IMG/VR virus record: IMGVR_UViG_3300023180_000043
Source: an uncultured virus (IMG/VR IMGVR_UViG_3300023180_000043)
Taxonomy: Duplodnaviria; Heunggongvirae; Uroviricota; Caudoviricetes
Strand: one strand, 5' to 3'
DNA: 64,000 nucleotides
Shown here: piece after piece, positions 38,301-47,494 of the stretch
Layout: each line of letters begins with the position of its first letter
How positions within the stretch are numbered: the stretch's first letter is position 1
Notes under the pieces: generated by a model
What the model was told of the DNA's origin: nothing
Seen by the model: only the letters and a program-made list of their open reading frames with translations
Database searches by the model: none
Position numbers and translations under genes: made by a program

Positions 38301-41300
38301 CAAGTCCAGATACATTCAAACAAGATTACAAAGTCTACTACAAAGAGAATCCAGGGGTTAACCCTACCTTCTCACAGGGCGGGGTACAAAAAGGTGATAT
38401 CGTTAGAATTACCAATGTCGGTCAGGATGACTATGGGGAAGGCAGTTCAAGCTATAGAAGCAAGAGAAGCACCGAAGTTGACGCATACTATAAAGTATTC
38501 TCTTCGCAAGAGGATAGTATGCAGCTGTATCGAGTTGAGAAATCACCTACGGATGAAACTTACACTATAGAATATGCGTACATCCCTACGGGGTACTCAA
38601 CTCGATACAGAAAGCCGCAGGGGTTTGACTTCTACTCTGAGGATTTTGAGTATGTGGTTTACTCTAATGACTACTATAAAAGATTTTACTCGCTGGACGC
38701 AGGGTTCATAGATAAAGGTGTAACAGCTGGTATGACATTACAAGTTGTTCAAGGCAGCTACGTTGGCAATTATACTATTGAAAGTGTCGAAAGTAACAAT
38801 GCCATACTAACAACAGAGACTGGAGCTGTAGGCTCTGCTGGATTTACTACTCCAGGCAGTGATTACGATGTAAACTTTAAAATACTTGTTCCTGCAGATA
38901 CAGTGTATGATCCAAACGCTACTTTTCAGTCTGATGGAGTAGAGGCTAATGATATCTTTGTATTCAGGCAGTCTGATGGGACAATCAGTGAGATACTGGT
39001 AGACTCTGTAACAGATCAAAATACACTTGTACTTAGCAGCGATCTTCCAGAAACAGACTTTATAACAGACCAGTACTATTTAATTAAGAAGAAGGCTGAT
39101 AGTGATGGGTTTGAAAGAACCAGCCAGTTTGCTGTTACAGTTGGCGCAAGTGGATTTACTACTGCTGGCACGCACGGCGGATTTGATGATCTTCCGGCCT
39201 TTTCTGATATTACGCTAAGACCTTATAATCTCTCAACACCTGCTGACGCGGCTGATTACGAAGAGCCCGTCCCAGTTTTGTATTTGAGAGTTGAGGATTC
39301 TACTGGTGCTTCCGAGTTTGAAGATTACGAGCTTGGCGGAAAAGGCGGCTTGGGTTGGTATCAAGACGACGCGAATGAGAGTACTACTAACGATCATGTC
39401 ACTGTTATTGCCTTTGACGGTGAGCATAAGATATCGACTCTAGACTATGCGTTTGACTCGGATGGCCTGTACGTTACCCCGGGTTCAGACGTATCTGCGG
39501 AACTAGACTGGATTATCTTGATGGGTAAGGAGTCCCCTTTCTTTGAAGATACGACAAAAACATTCACATCGGATATGGAAGGAGATCGCCTTACCTTAAA
39601 CCCTGGTGTGAGAGAGTACAGTAGCCATTCACCTTACGATGTTGATACCGGGAAAGAATTTCTGGCAGACATTCGTGATGTCATCTCCTCTACGGTAGTT
39701 CGTCTTAATAAAAATTACCCAGTAGAGACGGCAGATGGGCAGGCAATGTCAGGATACTGGACAGATGCTTCGGGTGGAAGTCTTAATAGTGATGAGATTG
39801 ATTCTGCCGATATTGCCATGTGGCTTGATCCAGAAAATATTTCTACTACGACATCAAGCAACTCCGTTACCTATACTGATGAAAATGTACTCAGATTCCA
39901 TGGAGCGGGTGGTTATGGTACTGACGGATTTCACCACACGCAAAACAGTTATCTAAAGCCTCCATCTGGGGTTAGCATCCCGACTAGAGATCAAGATTGG
40001 TCTTTTAGTGTTTGGATGAAAGTACCTCTTATTTCCTCTTTTAACAATACTGCAAATATATTAAATGTCTTTGACGATGGCAGTGTTACTGGATCTGCTA
40101 GGTCTGTTTTTTCCATAAAACTGGCCGGGGCCAGCAGTTCCGGTGGGCAACTTGAAATTAGCGCATCTCACCAACATACATCAAATTCTTACAGTAACAA
40201 CGATCTTTTTTATCATAATTTTAGAACGTCATACGAAGGCCAGTGGGTTTTATTTACAGTAGTGTGGGACGGTAACTCAGAAAATATATTTTCTTCATTA
40301 AAGGTATACGTAAACAGTACGCAATTAACTCTATCATCTAGCGTGGATAGAAGGCACCTTAAGATAGGAGGTTTTGCAGAGTTCTCAAATTATACAAATC
40401 AGCTAATACTCTTTTCGCCAAATGATAACCTCTCTGGAAATCAAACCGCTGACTGCCATAAATGGGAGTTTAATGAGATTGCTGCTTGGGATCATTACCT
40501 AACATCTTCTCAAGTTACAGAGCTGTATAACTCAGGAAATTACTATCCAGCGTCTTCTCACAGTCACTCTTCTTCTTTATCAGGGTACTGGGCATGTAAC
40601 TCATCTGACTCAAATACAAGTATCACTACAAATAATCTTCAGATTGGTGATGAGATTGGCTCAAATCATTTAACGAACACTCGGTCAGGTATTGAGAACC
40701 ACTCTTCTTTTGGCTCTTCTTCAAGTTTTGGAAGCAGCACTTATACAGACACGGTGTCTGTTACTGTTGTGACAGACTGGACAGACATCTCAGGGAACTC
40801 CAATAGTGCAGCACAGGCAACGGATGGAAATAGGCCAGGCATACAGACTTCTGCGATCAATGGATACAGTGCAGTAGTATTTGATGGCACCGATAACTTT
40901 CTCACGGTACCGGATTCCAATACTTTAGATATGGGGGTAGGAGATGGAACTACTTTAGCAATGGTTGTTAAGTTTACTGGGTATCAGACTAATGGTACAT
41001 TGGCCAATGTGCTATCAAAGGGCGACAGCTCACCTGAGTATCAGTTTGGCTTAATGAATAACTCTAGCCCAGCCTCTGGAACAGTTTCAGGCATGTCTTT
41101 TGTTTCCTCTAATGGGTCTTCCGACTCTGACGACAACTCTATTATTTTAAACTCTTGGATGATTGTAATCGGTAGTGCTACTAGCACAGCGAGGTATGGA
41201 TACTGGGCTATTAACGGTACTTTGAGTGCTGTCGATGTTACAGTTAACTTAGGCTCTCCTGGTTCGAATGATATCTCAATTGGTGCGCTTTCTACAGGAG

Positions 41301-42874
41301 CTAACGCAACCTCTGCCCAGATTGCAGAAATGATGCTATTCGACGCTACGTTAAGCGAGGCTGATCGGCAGTTGATAGAGGGATACCTTGCTCACAAGTA
41401 TGGTCTTGAAACTTCACTTCCCGGGGATCATCCATACAGTGCTTCAGAGCCTGTGTTCACGGGTGAGCTATTTGGTGGAAAAGATAAGATTATGTACTTA
41501 CGTCTTCCACAGGATTATCCGCAGCCTGGAATGGAGTTGGTAACAAGCAGTAGTCGTCACACAATTAAAGATGTTGTGTTTGCATCAAATGCAAACTTTA
41601 CACCACCATCTATCGATTCTGAGACAGCTCCTACCATAGACATGGCAAACTATACCCCAGCTCTTGAGCTAGAGAATCCTATCTCTATTAAGTCTGTGCC
41701 ACAGTCTGTGTTCTTTGTGGTTCAAAAAGGGGACAATCCCTTCACCACCACATTTTATGCAAACTCTGTGCTCGATCGGTTCAATACGGAACTAGCTAAA
41801 GGGTTTAAAACTTATGACGAAGAGCGGCTTGTAGGTAAGGCTCTTGTGTTTGAAACTGGGCAGTCTGCTATTATTAGAAAGGTTGCTAAAAGGGCTGAGC
41901 TAGTTTTAGACGCAGTGTACTCGTATGTTCCGAGTAACGTTCCATTTAAAGTTGTGCTGGAGATTGCGTCGAACACAACTAAGTTCTTTACGAACCAAAC
42001 CCCGTCTGGGGTTGGGCAGGCTGATGACTTTCTCTCTGTGTGGGGTATCCCAAATCCGGCCACCCTGGTTTCGTACACGTCTGCGGCAGCTTCTCAGTAT
42101 AACGATGCGTACTTTACCTTGACACCTCCTGGTGTTTTAAGCGGGCTAAACGATGTGTATTACACCGTGTCAAGAGATGGTGACCAGAACTACGGTCACT
42201 ACGTCCTTTTGAGATACTTACTAGATAGAGTAGTGTTAAGTGACACGTTCTTAAATGAAACACTCTACTTATCTGAAGTAATTGATCAAGGCGGCACAGA
42301 CTATACAAAGACCCATGAATCTTCTGTGGGGAGTCCAAGCTACGTGGCTTCAGTCGCTACAACTGTAGAAAGTGGGGAGTCTTCGAGTCCTTTTATAAAA
42401 CTTGGGGCAAGCACAGTATCTCTGGATACCGTTGAGCTTGGGCAAAGAATTAAAATTACTTTTTATAATACTCAAGCCCAGAAAAATTACGTCTCATTTA
42501 GTTTTATTAAAAGTATTAAGCAGCAAGGCTCTAGTTATGAAGTTGAGCTGTACCTCCCAGTTAAAAACACTTCTTCAACCTATCTAATTGTAGATTGGGA
42601 GATCGAGTCAGGATCCGTTCCAACTGCTATTAAGAAGCTGCAAGAGTTAAAGGATAAGTTCGAGTCTATTATTGAACTTATCAATCAATACCAACCTCAA
42701 ACCACTGGAGCTGTAGGTAGCGCCTTAGAGATGTTAGAGCAACAAGGGCTTGATCGAGCTGCAAGCCTTTTGAGAGAGGGTAATATTAAGGAAGTGCTGG
42801 AACTGTCTTTTGAGGAAGCCACTTTTTCAGGCAAACTATCTAAAGCTATTAATACCTTTGGAGGAAACCTATGA
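35381..42874 (+). CDS. giant virion/tail protein (2497 aa) with LamG/ConA-like domains
   Basis: WSFSVWMK..WVLFTVVWDG..VYVN..EIAAWD and WTDISGN..FDG..IEGYLAHKYG motifs; helical termini. Confidence 0.8.
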   Translation: MAVHGRDSLVRLLKRFLASTINPAQTPSGSSKDKEAFDNVKQIIALALIADTGSIYNVLKIAADEYRVSLESYIADIDNLLSVEGLLGVGSNTAESIDVAKLRKAGDQLSNLSKGSQKSLGQATSSTLSTFLRDEMVQLSLLGSTKRSLINIREFEKKISNAWSDIVSKKKDLYKVVSNFSKDDLITGALENAVSVMQQDINIAAELLAFGTSEDFADISRAVELLTAGTKEFLDFIFNGEDPLGTTIVDPSTGFTPFKPEVIQGTGDLLPPSYIAKGDSHRPFLDHLIGSTGGYAENLPTIDKKGVVQTRDETFDLSSVVDSTTNSGTIYFIVDGNTTESVSITTAELLDVSNWADPYAVTKNELYSFLINKYSFVWTALSLMISGNGLAFITQSSNKNESTLEVGPDSYLPFLEALGISEGAFSRGASISKKFKDTNITTTSSSWNDSPVSLRTDGNEEYHLITQSDAAIQSVTSVTEDDLFIEISPGVDEATTNAPYAITVKRPGTYVQPAKRTLGTLSQVPVRKPPSATSYLGEELSGGFIVHEGKTGKIQSTVLTIPNYDESLSSLKGSTWNGYGTHGYWKPVIKSRGKFKHARVTGTGTPAPLKAAGGSNNYVRPGLNRFGNSSHGGNFYGNGVLGDKSDITIYNALIDFLVPSPPVDAGDNEAYNIYFRDSSHSSSAPVTGVGFGPQVYDFKLGDYFRIASYDAGADGTGSLGAGSNYTSGSVGSNILNNGHRIQQIRNWYPTHTFSSLKFLPAADLPLGINANAVNLMDTAYDLDPSLGLEIDGINIEIIHAHKFIDTSADFTSDGIAPGDIIILHETDLGPSYISSSRYIPNDSSVSSATGLATEESKQKFDTSWIKAFEVAYVHNKTTLFLNTGWVEGGTLLTYNKNLFISPFTTNSGYLDLPQPAFTLDSQYPYNNVTDGYNCWYQVLRRGSVDYSDDTVFEDDAIPNLVAFMDSDYYTLYQSSPDTFKQDYKVYYKENPGVNPTFSQGGVQKGDIVRITNVGQDDYGEGSSSYRSKRSTEVDAYYKVFSSQEDSMQLYRVEKSPTDETYTIEYAYIPTGYSTRYRKPQGFDFYSEDFEYVVYSNDYYKRFYSLDAGFIDKGVTAGMTLQVVQGSYVGNYTIESVESNNAILTTETGAVGSAGFTTPGSDYDVNFKILVPADTVYDPNATFQSDGVEANDIFVFRQSDGTISEILVDSVTDQNTLVLSSDLPETDFITDQYYLIKKKADSDGFERTSQFAVTVGASGFTTAGTHGGFDDLPAFSDITLRPYNLSTPADAADYEEPVPVLYLRVEDSTGASEFEDYELGGKGGLGWYQDDANESTTNDHVTVIAFDGEHKISTLDYAFDSDGLYVTPGSDVSAELDWIILMGKESPFFEDTTKTFTSDMEGDRLTLNPGVREYSSHSPYDVDTGKEFLADIRDVISSTVVRLNKNYPVETADGQAMSGYWTDASGGSLNSDEIDSADIAMWLDPENISTTTSSNSVTYTDENVLRFHGAGGYGTDGFHHTQNSYLKPPSGVSIPTRDQDWSFSVWMKVPLISSFNNTANILNVFDDGSVTGSARSVFSIKLAGASSSGGQLEISASHQHTSNSYSNNDLFYHNFRTSYEGQWVLFTVVWDGNSENIFSSLKVYVNSTQLTLSSSVDRRHLKIGGFAEFSNYTNQLILFSPNDNLSGNQTADCHKWEFNEIAAWDHYLTSSQVTELYNSGNYYPASSHSHSSSLSGYWACNSSDSNTSITTNNLQIGDEIGSNHLTNTRSGIENHSSFGSSSSFGSSTYTDTVSVTVVTDWTDISGNSNSAAQATDGNRPGIQTSAINGYSAVVFDGTDNFLTVPDSNTLDMGVGDGTTLAMVVKFTGYQTNGTLANVLSKGDSSPEYQFGLMNNSSPASGTVSGMSFVSSNGSSDSDDNSIILNSWMIVIGSATSTARYGYWAINGTLSAVDVTVNLGSPGSNDISIGALSTGANATSAQIAEMMLFDATLSEADRQLIEGYLAHKYGLETSLPGDHPYSASEPVFTGELFGGKDKIMYLRLPQDYPQPGMELVTSSSRHTIKDVVFASNANFTPPSIDSETAPTIDMANYTPALELENPISIKSVPQSVFFVVQKGDNPFTTTFYANSVLDRFNTELAKGFKTYDEERLVGKALVFETGQSAIIRKVAKRAELVLDAVYSYVPSNVPFKVVLEIASNTTKFFTNQTPSGVGQADDFLSVWGIPNPATLVSYTSAAASQYNDAYFTLTPPGVLSGLNDVYYTVSRDGDQNYGHYVLLRYLLDRVVLSDTFLNETLYLSEVIDQGGTDYTKTHESSVGSPSYVASVATTVESGESSSPFIKLGASTVSLDTVELGQRIKITFYNTQAQKNYVSFSFIKSIKQQGSSYEVELYLPVKNTSSTYLIVDWEIESGSVPTAIKKLQELKDKFESIIELINQYQPQTTGAVGSALEMLEQQGLDRAASLLREGNIKEVLELSFEEATFSGKLSKAINTFGGNL

Positions 42875-43248
42875 GCAACTATAATCCGTTAGAATCTACT
42901 GTAGTCTCGACCGGTCAGTTTCAGATCGAGGGAGAAGAATTTGCAATACGTGTTCTTTCAGAAGCGACGCAAACCTTAAGAGCAAGATCAAATGCAGTAG
43001 GGGTATCTCAGAACTCTTTTGATGAGCAGCGTAATAAAGCCATCTTTCAGCTGAACGGAGAGATCGCCTCAAACCACGCCACCGATCAAGCAGACATCCC
43101 CTTCCCTTGGATGAATAATATACTGGTAACCGAGATAGAAAAGATAAACGGATTAAAGAATATGATAGAATCTGTTGTAGAGTTTTATCTTGAGAATCAA
43201 GACTTAACGATCTCTGATACATCACTGATTGGAACCTTGGAGGATTGA
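42871..43248 (+). CDS. hypothetical baseplate-region protein
   Basis: GGAGG SD; ATGA coupling. Confidence 0.75.
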   Translation: MSNYNPLESTVVSTGQFQIEGEEFAIRVLSEATQTLRARSNAVGVSQNSFDEQRNKAIFQLNGEIASNHATDQADIPFPWMNNILVTEIEKINGLKNMIESVVEFYLENQDLTISDTSLIGTLED

Positions 43249-44018
43249 TGTCAAAGGATATAAAGTTTGTAGCCTTCACGGATTCGATTGCTGTAAGGGG
43301 AGCTGCTTATAAAAGTATAAAAATGAATGACGGTTCAGTTTTTATTTACACCGGACCAGAGACCCTGCACACAATTAAAGATTATGGGTATACAACTCCG
43401 GACTACGAAAGTTATACAATCCAGCTGTACGTAACACCATTAGCAAAGTACACCAATAGAGTTTTGTACGGAGAGGAGAGTGTAGACTATACAATCTCAG
43501 GTAAAAATACAGTAGACGTTGTATTATCTCTCCGAGATGTTGTAGAGGGGTATAGTATCACGGAACCTTCTTCATACTCTGTTAGCTCTTCTGCAATGGT
43601 GTCTAATGAGAAAGTAGACATGGACTTCTATATTAATAAGAACCAAGTAGGGAGTGTTGAGGGATTACTAAAGCTATCTCAACAGGTTGTAAAGGTTATG
43701 TTATCAAAAGCTCGAAGCAATCGCTTCTCTCTCGGAGAGGGTACATCTCTAATGGGCTTATTGGGAGAAACCAACACAGTCATTAAAGTTTCTGAAACAA
43801 TGACAGAAGTTTTAGAGGCTACTGAGAGTTACATCTTAAAAAAGCAGAGCAATGCAATTACAGGCTTCTTCTCCCTAACGCCTTCGCTTGATGATAAACT
43901 ATCGTCATTAAGTTTGATAAGTGTTAATATAAACGAGGACAGCCCTGATCGAGTAGAGATGATTGTACAGATGAGAACTCTGTCAGGTGATGCAGTTACG
44001 ATACCTATGATTGTGTAA
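43248..44018 (+). CDS. baseplate wedge protein with C-terminal gp25-like domain
   Basis: G..KL.QQV.K.ML....SN.F..GEGT.L pattern immediately before the baseplate-J-like gene. Confidence 0.65.
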   Translation: MSKDIKFVAFTDSIAVRGAAYKSIKMNDGSVFIYTGPETLHTIKDYGYTTPDYESYTIQLYVTPLAKYTNRVLYGEESVDYTISGKNTVDVVLSLRDVVEGYSITEPSSYSVSSSAMVSNEKVDMDFYINKNQVGSVEGLLKLSQQVVKVMLSKARSNRFSLGEGTSLMGLLGETNTVIKVSETMTEVLEATESYILKKQSNAITGFFSLTPSLDDKLSSLSLISVNINEDSPDRVEMIVQMRTLSGDAVTIPMIV

Positions 44019-44027
44019 GGGGAACCA

Positions 44028-46988
44028 ATGGCTATAGACACTAACCTACTGGCGTTATTTAGAACGCTCATGTCTTCCTATGACTCAGAGATTGATACTG
44101 GTAGTGAATCTGAGTTTTATCAAAAGGTAATGTCGCCCTTGCTTACGAGGATTGGAGGAGACATTCTAGCCTCGGAGACGGAAAGTTTTCTTGCAGGGTT
44201 TGTCTCGGAAAATCACACAGACCTAGACACCTCTGAGTTCTCTGGAATACGTGATCTTGTAATACGTCCAATGTCTACGATGCTCGAGCCGATTAAAAGA
44301 GAGATTGACTCGATTCGTCAAACTCAGTCTTTTAGCAACCCAGAGTCATTAACAAACGATGAACTTAATGCATTACTTTCTAACTTTTTCTTGGAGAAGG
44401 TCACTGGTGGGTTTGCTACAGGAACGGTTCGTGTTTACTTCAATACCCCTGTAGATGTGAATACTTCGGGTGCTGTATTTACTACATCCTCTGGTCTTGA
44501 GTATGTGCCTTCATCTACTGCAATCTACACTGCTTCTCAGGTTTCTTTTAATGTATCTGGTAGCCGCTTTTACGTAGATATTCTTGCTACGGCAACAGCT
44601 GTCGGTACTGAATACAATATACCCACAGCGCGAATCAACGCTGTTGAAGGCATCCCGTCAGCTTCTGCAGTAGAAAATATTACTAGCTTCACAGGTGGGA
44701 AGGACAGTGAGTCGAATACGGAAGCCATTAAGAGAGCTAAGGATTCTATCACGGTACAAAATCTTGTAACAAAGAGTGGGATTAATCTTGTCCTAACGAC
44801 AAACTTCTCTGGCGTATCCGATGTACACACTGTTGGGTTTGGCGAAGCAGATATGCTTAGGGACTTAGTGGATGGACCAGCCACCGTGAGTAACGTTCCT
44901 GGAGGTGTGTATACTCAAGACAGTAAGGATATACCTTCTGGTGGAATACACGTTGGCGGTAAGACGGATGTTTATGTATACGATGGAAACTCAACTGGTC
45001 AGGTGAGTAAGTCTTTGTCTGTATCAAACTTAACAGACCAAGGTGTTTTGCTAATCTCAGGGCAATCTGGGTACGTTATCTCATCCTCAGCCCCTCAGAC
45101 CTTCTACGATACAACTGGCTACTTTGACACTCGGGGTATTCAAGCTGGGGACGTTCTATATGTTGATACAGCCTCGTACACAATTACATCTGTCTCCTCA
45201 GGCTCTGTTGTATTAAGTACGGCTCTTCCGTCTATCCAGTCATCTATTAAGTATGAGATTAGAAGAACATCCGCCGATGGCTCTATTAGAATTCCTCTTC
45301 ACAGACTGTCTGCACTGGATGCAAACGGACTCACTGCTGTAAGCTACTCTTCACCTACTACTCCGGCTGCGCCGATACCTGGAGATCTGTCTTTGGCTCC
45401 AGTAACAAACGCCTCTGGGAATGTCGCTAAAACTGAGAATGTGGTTCAAATCGTTGATGCCTCCTCAGCAGGGAATATTGTTCTTCCTGTTTTTGATATT
45501 GCTACGGTCCAGCTTGGAGCAGGAAGTGGTGCGTATTCAGACCTTGGAAAGATTGCCTTAGCAGAAGTTTTAGAGGTAACTGCTCCATCAGGCTTCACTG
45601 GTGGAGATGGGGGATCTGGTATTGCAACTGGGAAGCTTCGCGTTTATGCTCGTGATAAGGTAAACATCCTAGCCATCCCAACTGCGCAAAGCACAACAGA
45701 TGGCGCAGCTGCAAGCTACAATGCACTTTCCATTGAAAGAAACGGAAACCATAAGGATACCAAGACTGGCCAAAGATATACTGGTCCAATCTATAAGAAC
45801 GGAATCTACAAGTATGGTATTCAACCTGTTCATAAAGATTCAACCCAGACAGACCCCTGGACATGGTCAAACACCTATTCTGGTATTCTGAATACATCTC
45901 CTTCGTCTGATACTGGTACAACCGGGGTAGCAAATGGGAACTACTTCTACATCGATAGAAGTATTAGCTATGCTGTAAATCCTAAAGCAGGGATGTGGGT
46001 ATGGAATGCTGGCTCTTCGGGTAATCGACGCTTTCAGCTAATGCAGATCATATCTGTAGAAGAAGTCACAGGAACAAAATCTAATAATTACTCTGCCGGT
46101 GGCCCTTACTATGAGTGTAGAGTACGAGCTGAGGATGACACTATTCCAGAGTTTACAGGAACTGGGGCTGAAAGTTTCTCTTTATATCAAGGTGTTCTTG
46201 GTGAGAACTTAACTTATAGCTCAGAGTATAATCTCTACTATGCAGAGTTTGACGCTTACTGTCTTAACTCTAATGCTACAGAGAGTAATATATCTTCCTC
46301 ATCTGAGCTTACATTAGAGCGGCATGTAAATGAGTACAATGGAACAGGTACAGATGCTTACATTCCGTACCGCGACGGACTTGATGGGGATAATCACGAC
46401 TTCTACCTGGAAGGATACAAACTCCGAAGTAGAACACGAGGCTATGCCTACTCTACGAAAGAGGAGCCTTTCTTAATTCTGTCTAACTTTGTTACTTTGA
46501 TTAGTACCTCAAATACCGCCACGTCCAGTACTCGAGATCTGTCAGACACAACTGTAAGTTATGCCATGAAGGTCACTTACACCAGTGGAGTTACGGTTGC
46601 TTCCATCCAAGAGTTTGTAGATAAGGATGAGAATAGAATTGTAGGAGAAGACATGTTGGTTAAGCCCTTCTTGCCAGCAGTCGCCTTTGGTTCTATAACA
46701 GGAAAAGGTCTCAGCTCTCTGTCTGGCACGGCACTCTTAAAAACATATCTTCAATCTCTTGAGGCTACTAAGACCTTGGAGCTGTCCGACCTAATAAACT
46801 ATCTATATGCAAGTGGAAGTACCTATATCTCACTCCCGCTATCCTTATATGTGATAAGATACTCACAAGAAAGACGTGTAAGTGGTGAAAGGGTAACAAC
46901 AAAGTCTACCCTATCTGAGCTTGAGCGTTTCTTTACAATAACAACAAATGCTGGACAACAGTCTATTAACTTTACTATGGAGACGTAA
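44028..46988 (+). CDS. baseplate J/gp6-like wedge protein (986 aa)
   Basis: ATGTVRVYF, ATAVGTEYNI, VEN...FTGGKDSESN...RA motifs. Confidence 0.85.
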   Translation: MAIDTNLLALFRTLMSSYDSEIDTGSESEFYQKVMSPLLTRIGGDILASETESFLAGFVSENHTDLDTSEFSGIRDLVIRPMSTMLEPIKREIDSIRQTQSFSNPESLTNDELNALLSNFFLEKVTGGFATGTVRVYFNTPVDVNTSGAVFTTSSGLEYVPSSTAIYTASQVSFNVSGSRFYVDILATATAVGTEYNIPTARINAVEGIPSASAVENITSFTGGKDSESNTEAIKRAKDSITVQNLVTKSGINLVLTTNFSGVSDVHTVGFGEADMLRDLVDGPATVSNVPGGVYTQDSKDIPSGGIHVGGKTDVYVYDGNSTGQVSKSLSVSNLTDQGVLLISGQSGYVISSSAPQTFYDTTGYFDTRGIQAGDVLYVDTASYTITSVSSGSVVLSTALPSIQSSIKYEIRRTSADGSIRIPLHRLSALDANGLTAVSYSSPTTPAAPIPGDLSLAPVTNASGNVAKTENVVQIVDASSAGNIVLPVFDIATVQLGAGSGAYSDLGKIALAEVLEVTAPSGFTGGDGGSGIATGKLRVYARDKVNILAIPTAQSTTDGAAASYNALSIERNGNHKDTKTGQRYTGPIYKNGIYKYGIQPVHKDSTQTDPWTWSNTYSGILNTSPSSDTGTTGVANGNYFYIDRSISYAVNPKAGMWVWNAGSSGNRRFQLMQIISVEEVTGTKSNNYSAGGPYYECRVRAEDDTIPEFTGTGAESFSLYQGVLGENLTYSSEYNLYYAEFDAYCLNSNATESNISSSSELTLERHVNEYNGTGTDAYIPYRDGLDGDNHDFYLEGYKLRSRTRGYAYSTKEEPFLILSNFVTLISTSNTATSSTRDLSDTTVSYAMKVTYTSGVTVASIQEFVDKDENRIVGEDMLVKPFLPAVAFGSITGKGLSSLSGTALLKTYLQSLEATKTLELSDLINYLYASGSTYISLPLSLYVIRYSQERRVSGERVTTKSTLSELERFFTITTNAGQQSINFTMET

Positions 46989-47494
46989 TGAATATGCATA
47001 GAGAAACCATCAGATATCATCTTGAAAAAAGGGCTAATGTTAAAAGTAGAGTGGGCGAAGGGTTTAATAATCTTAGAGACGCTTTAACTTATGGCGCCAA
47101 TGAGGCAGTCCGTAATATCGTGTACCCGGTGCGCAGATTTAAGCTGCGTAAAAGGGAACTTCCTAAGGATCTTAATACGTTACGTAAAGATATTACTGAA
47201 AGAAGAAATATTAAAAAAGTGCTAAAAGGCAAGGACACGGATCCAATTCAGTTTGAGTACATAGGGTTTCCGAAGGGTAATACCATAAATTCTCTTGCTA
47301 AAAGTGTCGATGAAACACCTGAGACGATTAGGAAGTTTCTAAAAGCTGACCTGGAGCAAGATAATCTGAGAATACGCAGAAATCTAGCGGGGATGGCTGG
47401 GGATGTCGCAGCCGTGGGCGCTTACGGGTACGGTGGCTATAAAGGAACTGAGAAGGTTAGAGACTATTTAAAAAATAAAAAGGGTAAGAAGTGA
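46988..47494 (+). CDS. basic protein with YHLEKRA leader, inserted in the baseplate operon
   Basis: GGAG SD; TAATG coupling; C-terminal Gly/Ala/Tyr helix. Confidence 0.8.
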   Translation: MNMHRETIRYHLEKRANVKSRVGEGFNNLRDALTYGANEAVRNIVYPVRRFKLRKRELPKDLNTLRKDITERRNIKKVLKGKDTDPIQFEYIGFPKGNTINSLAKSVDETPETIRKFLKADLEQDNLRIRRNLAGMAGDVAAVGAYGYGGYKGTEKVRDYLKNKKGKK

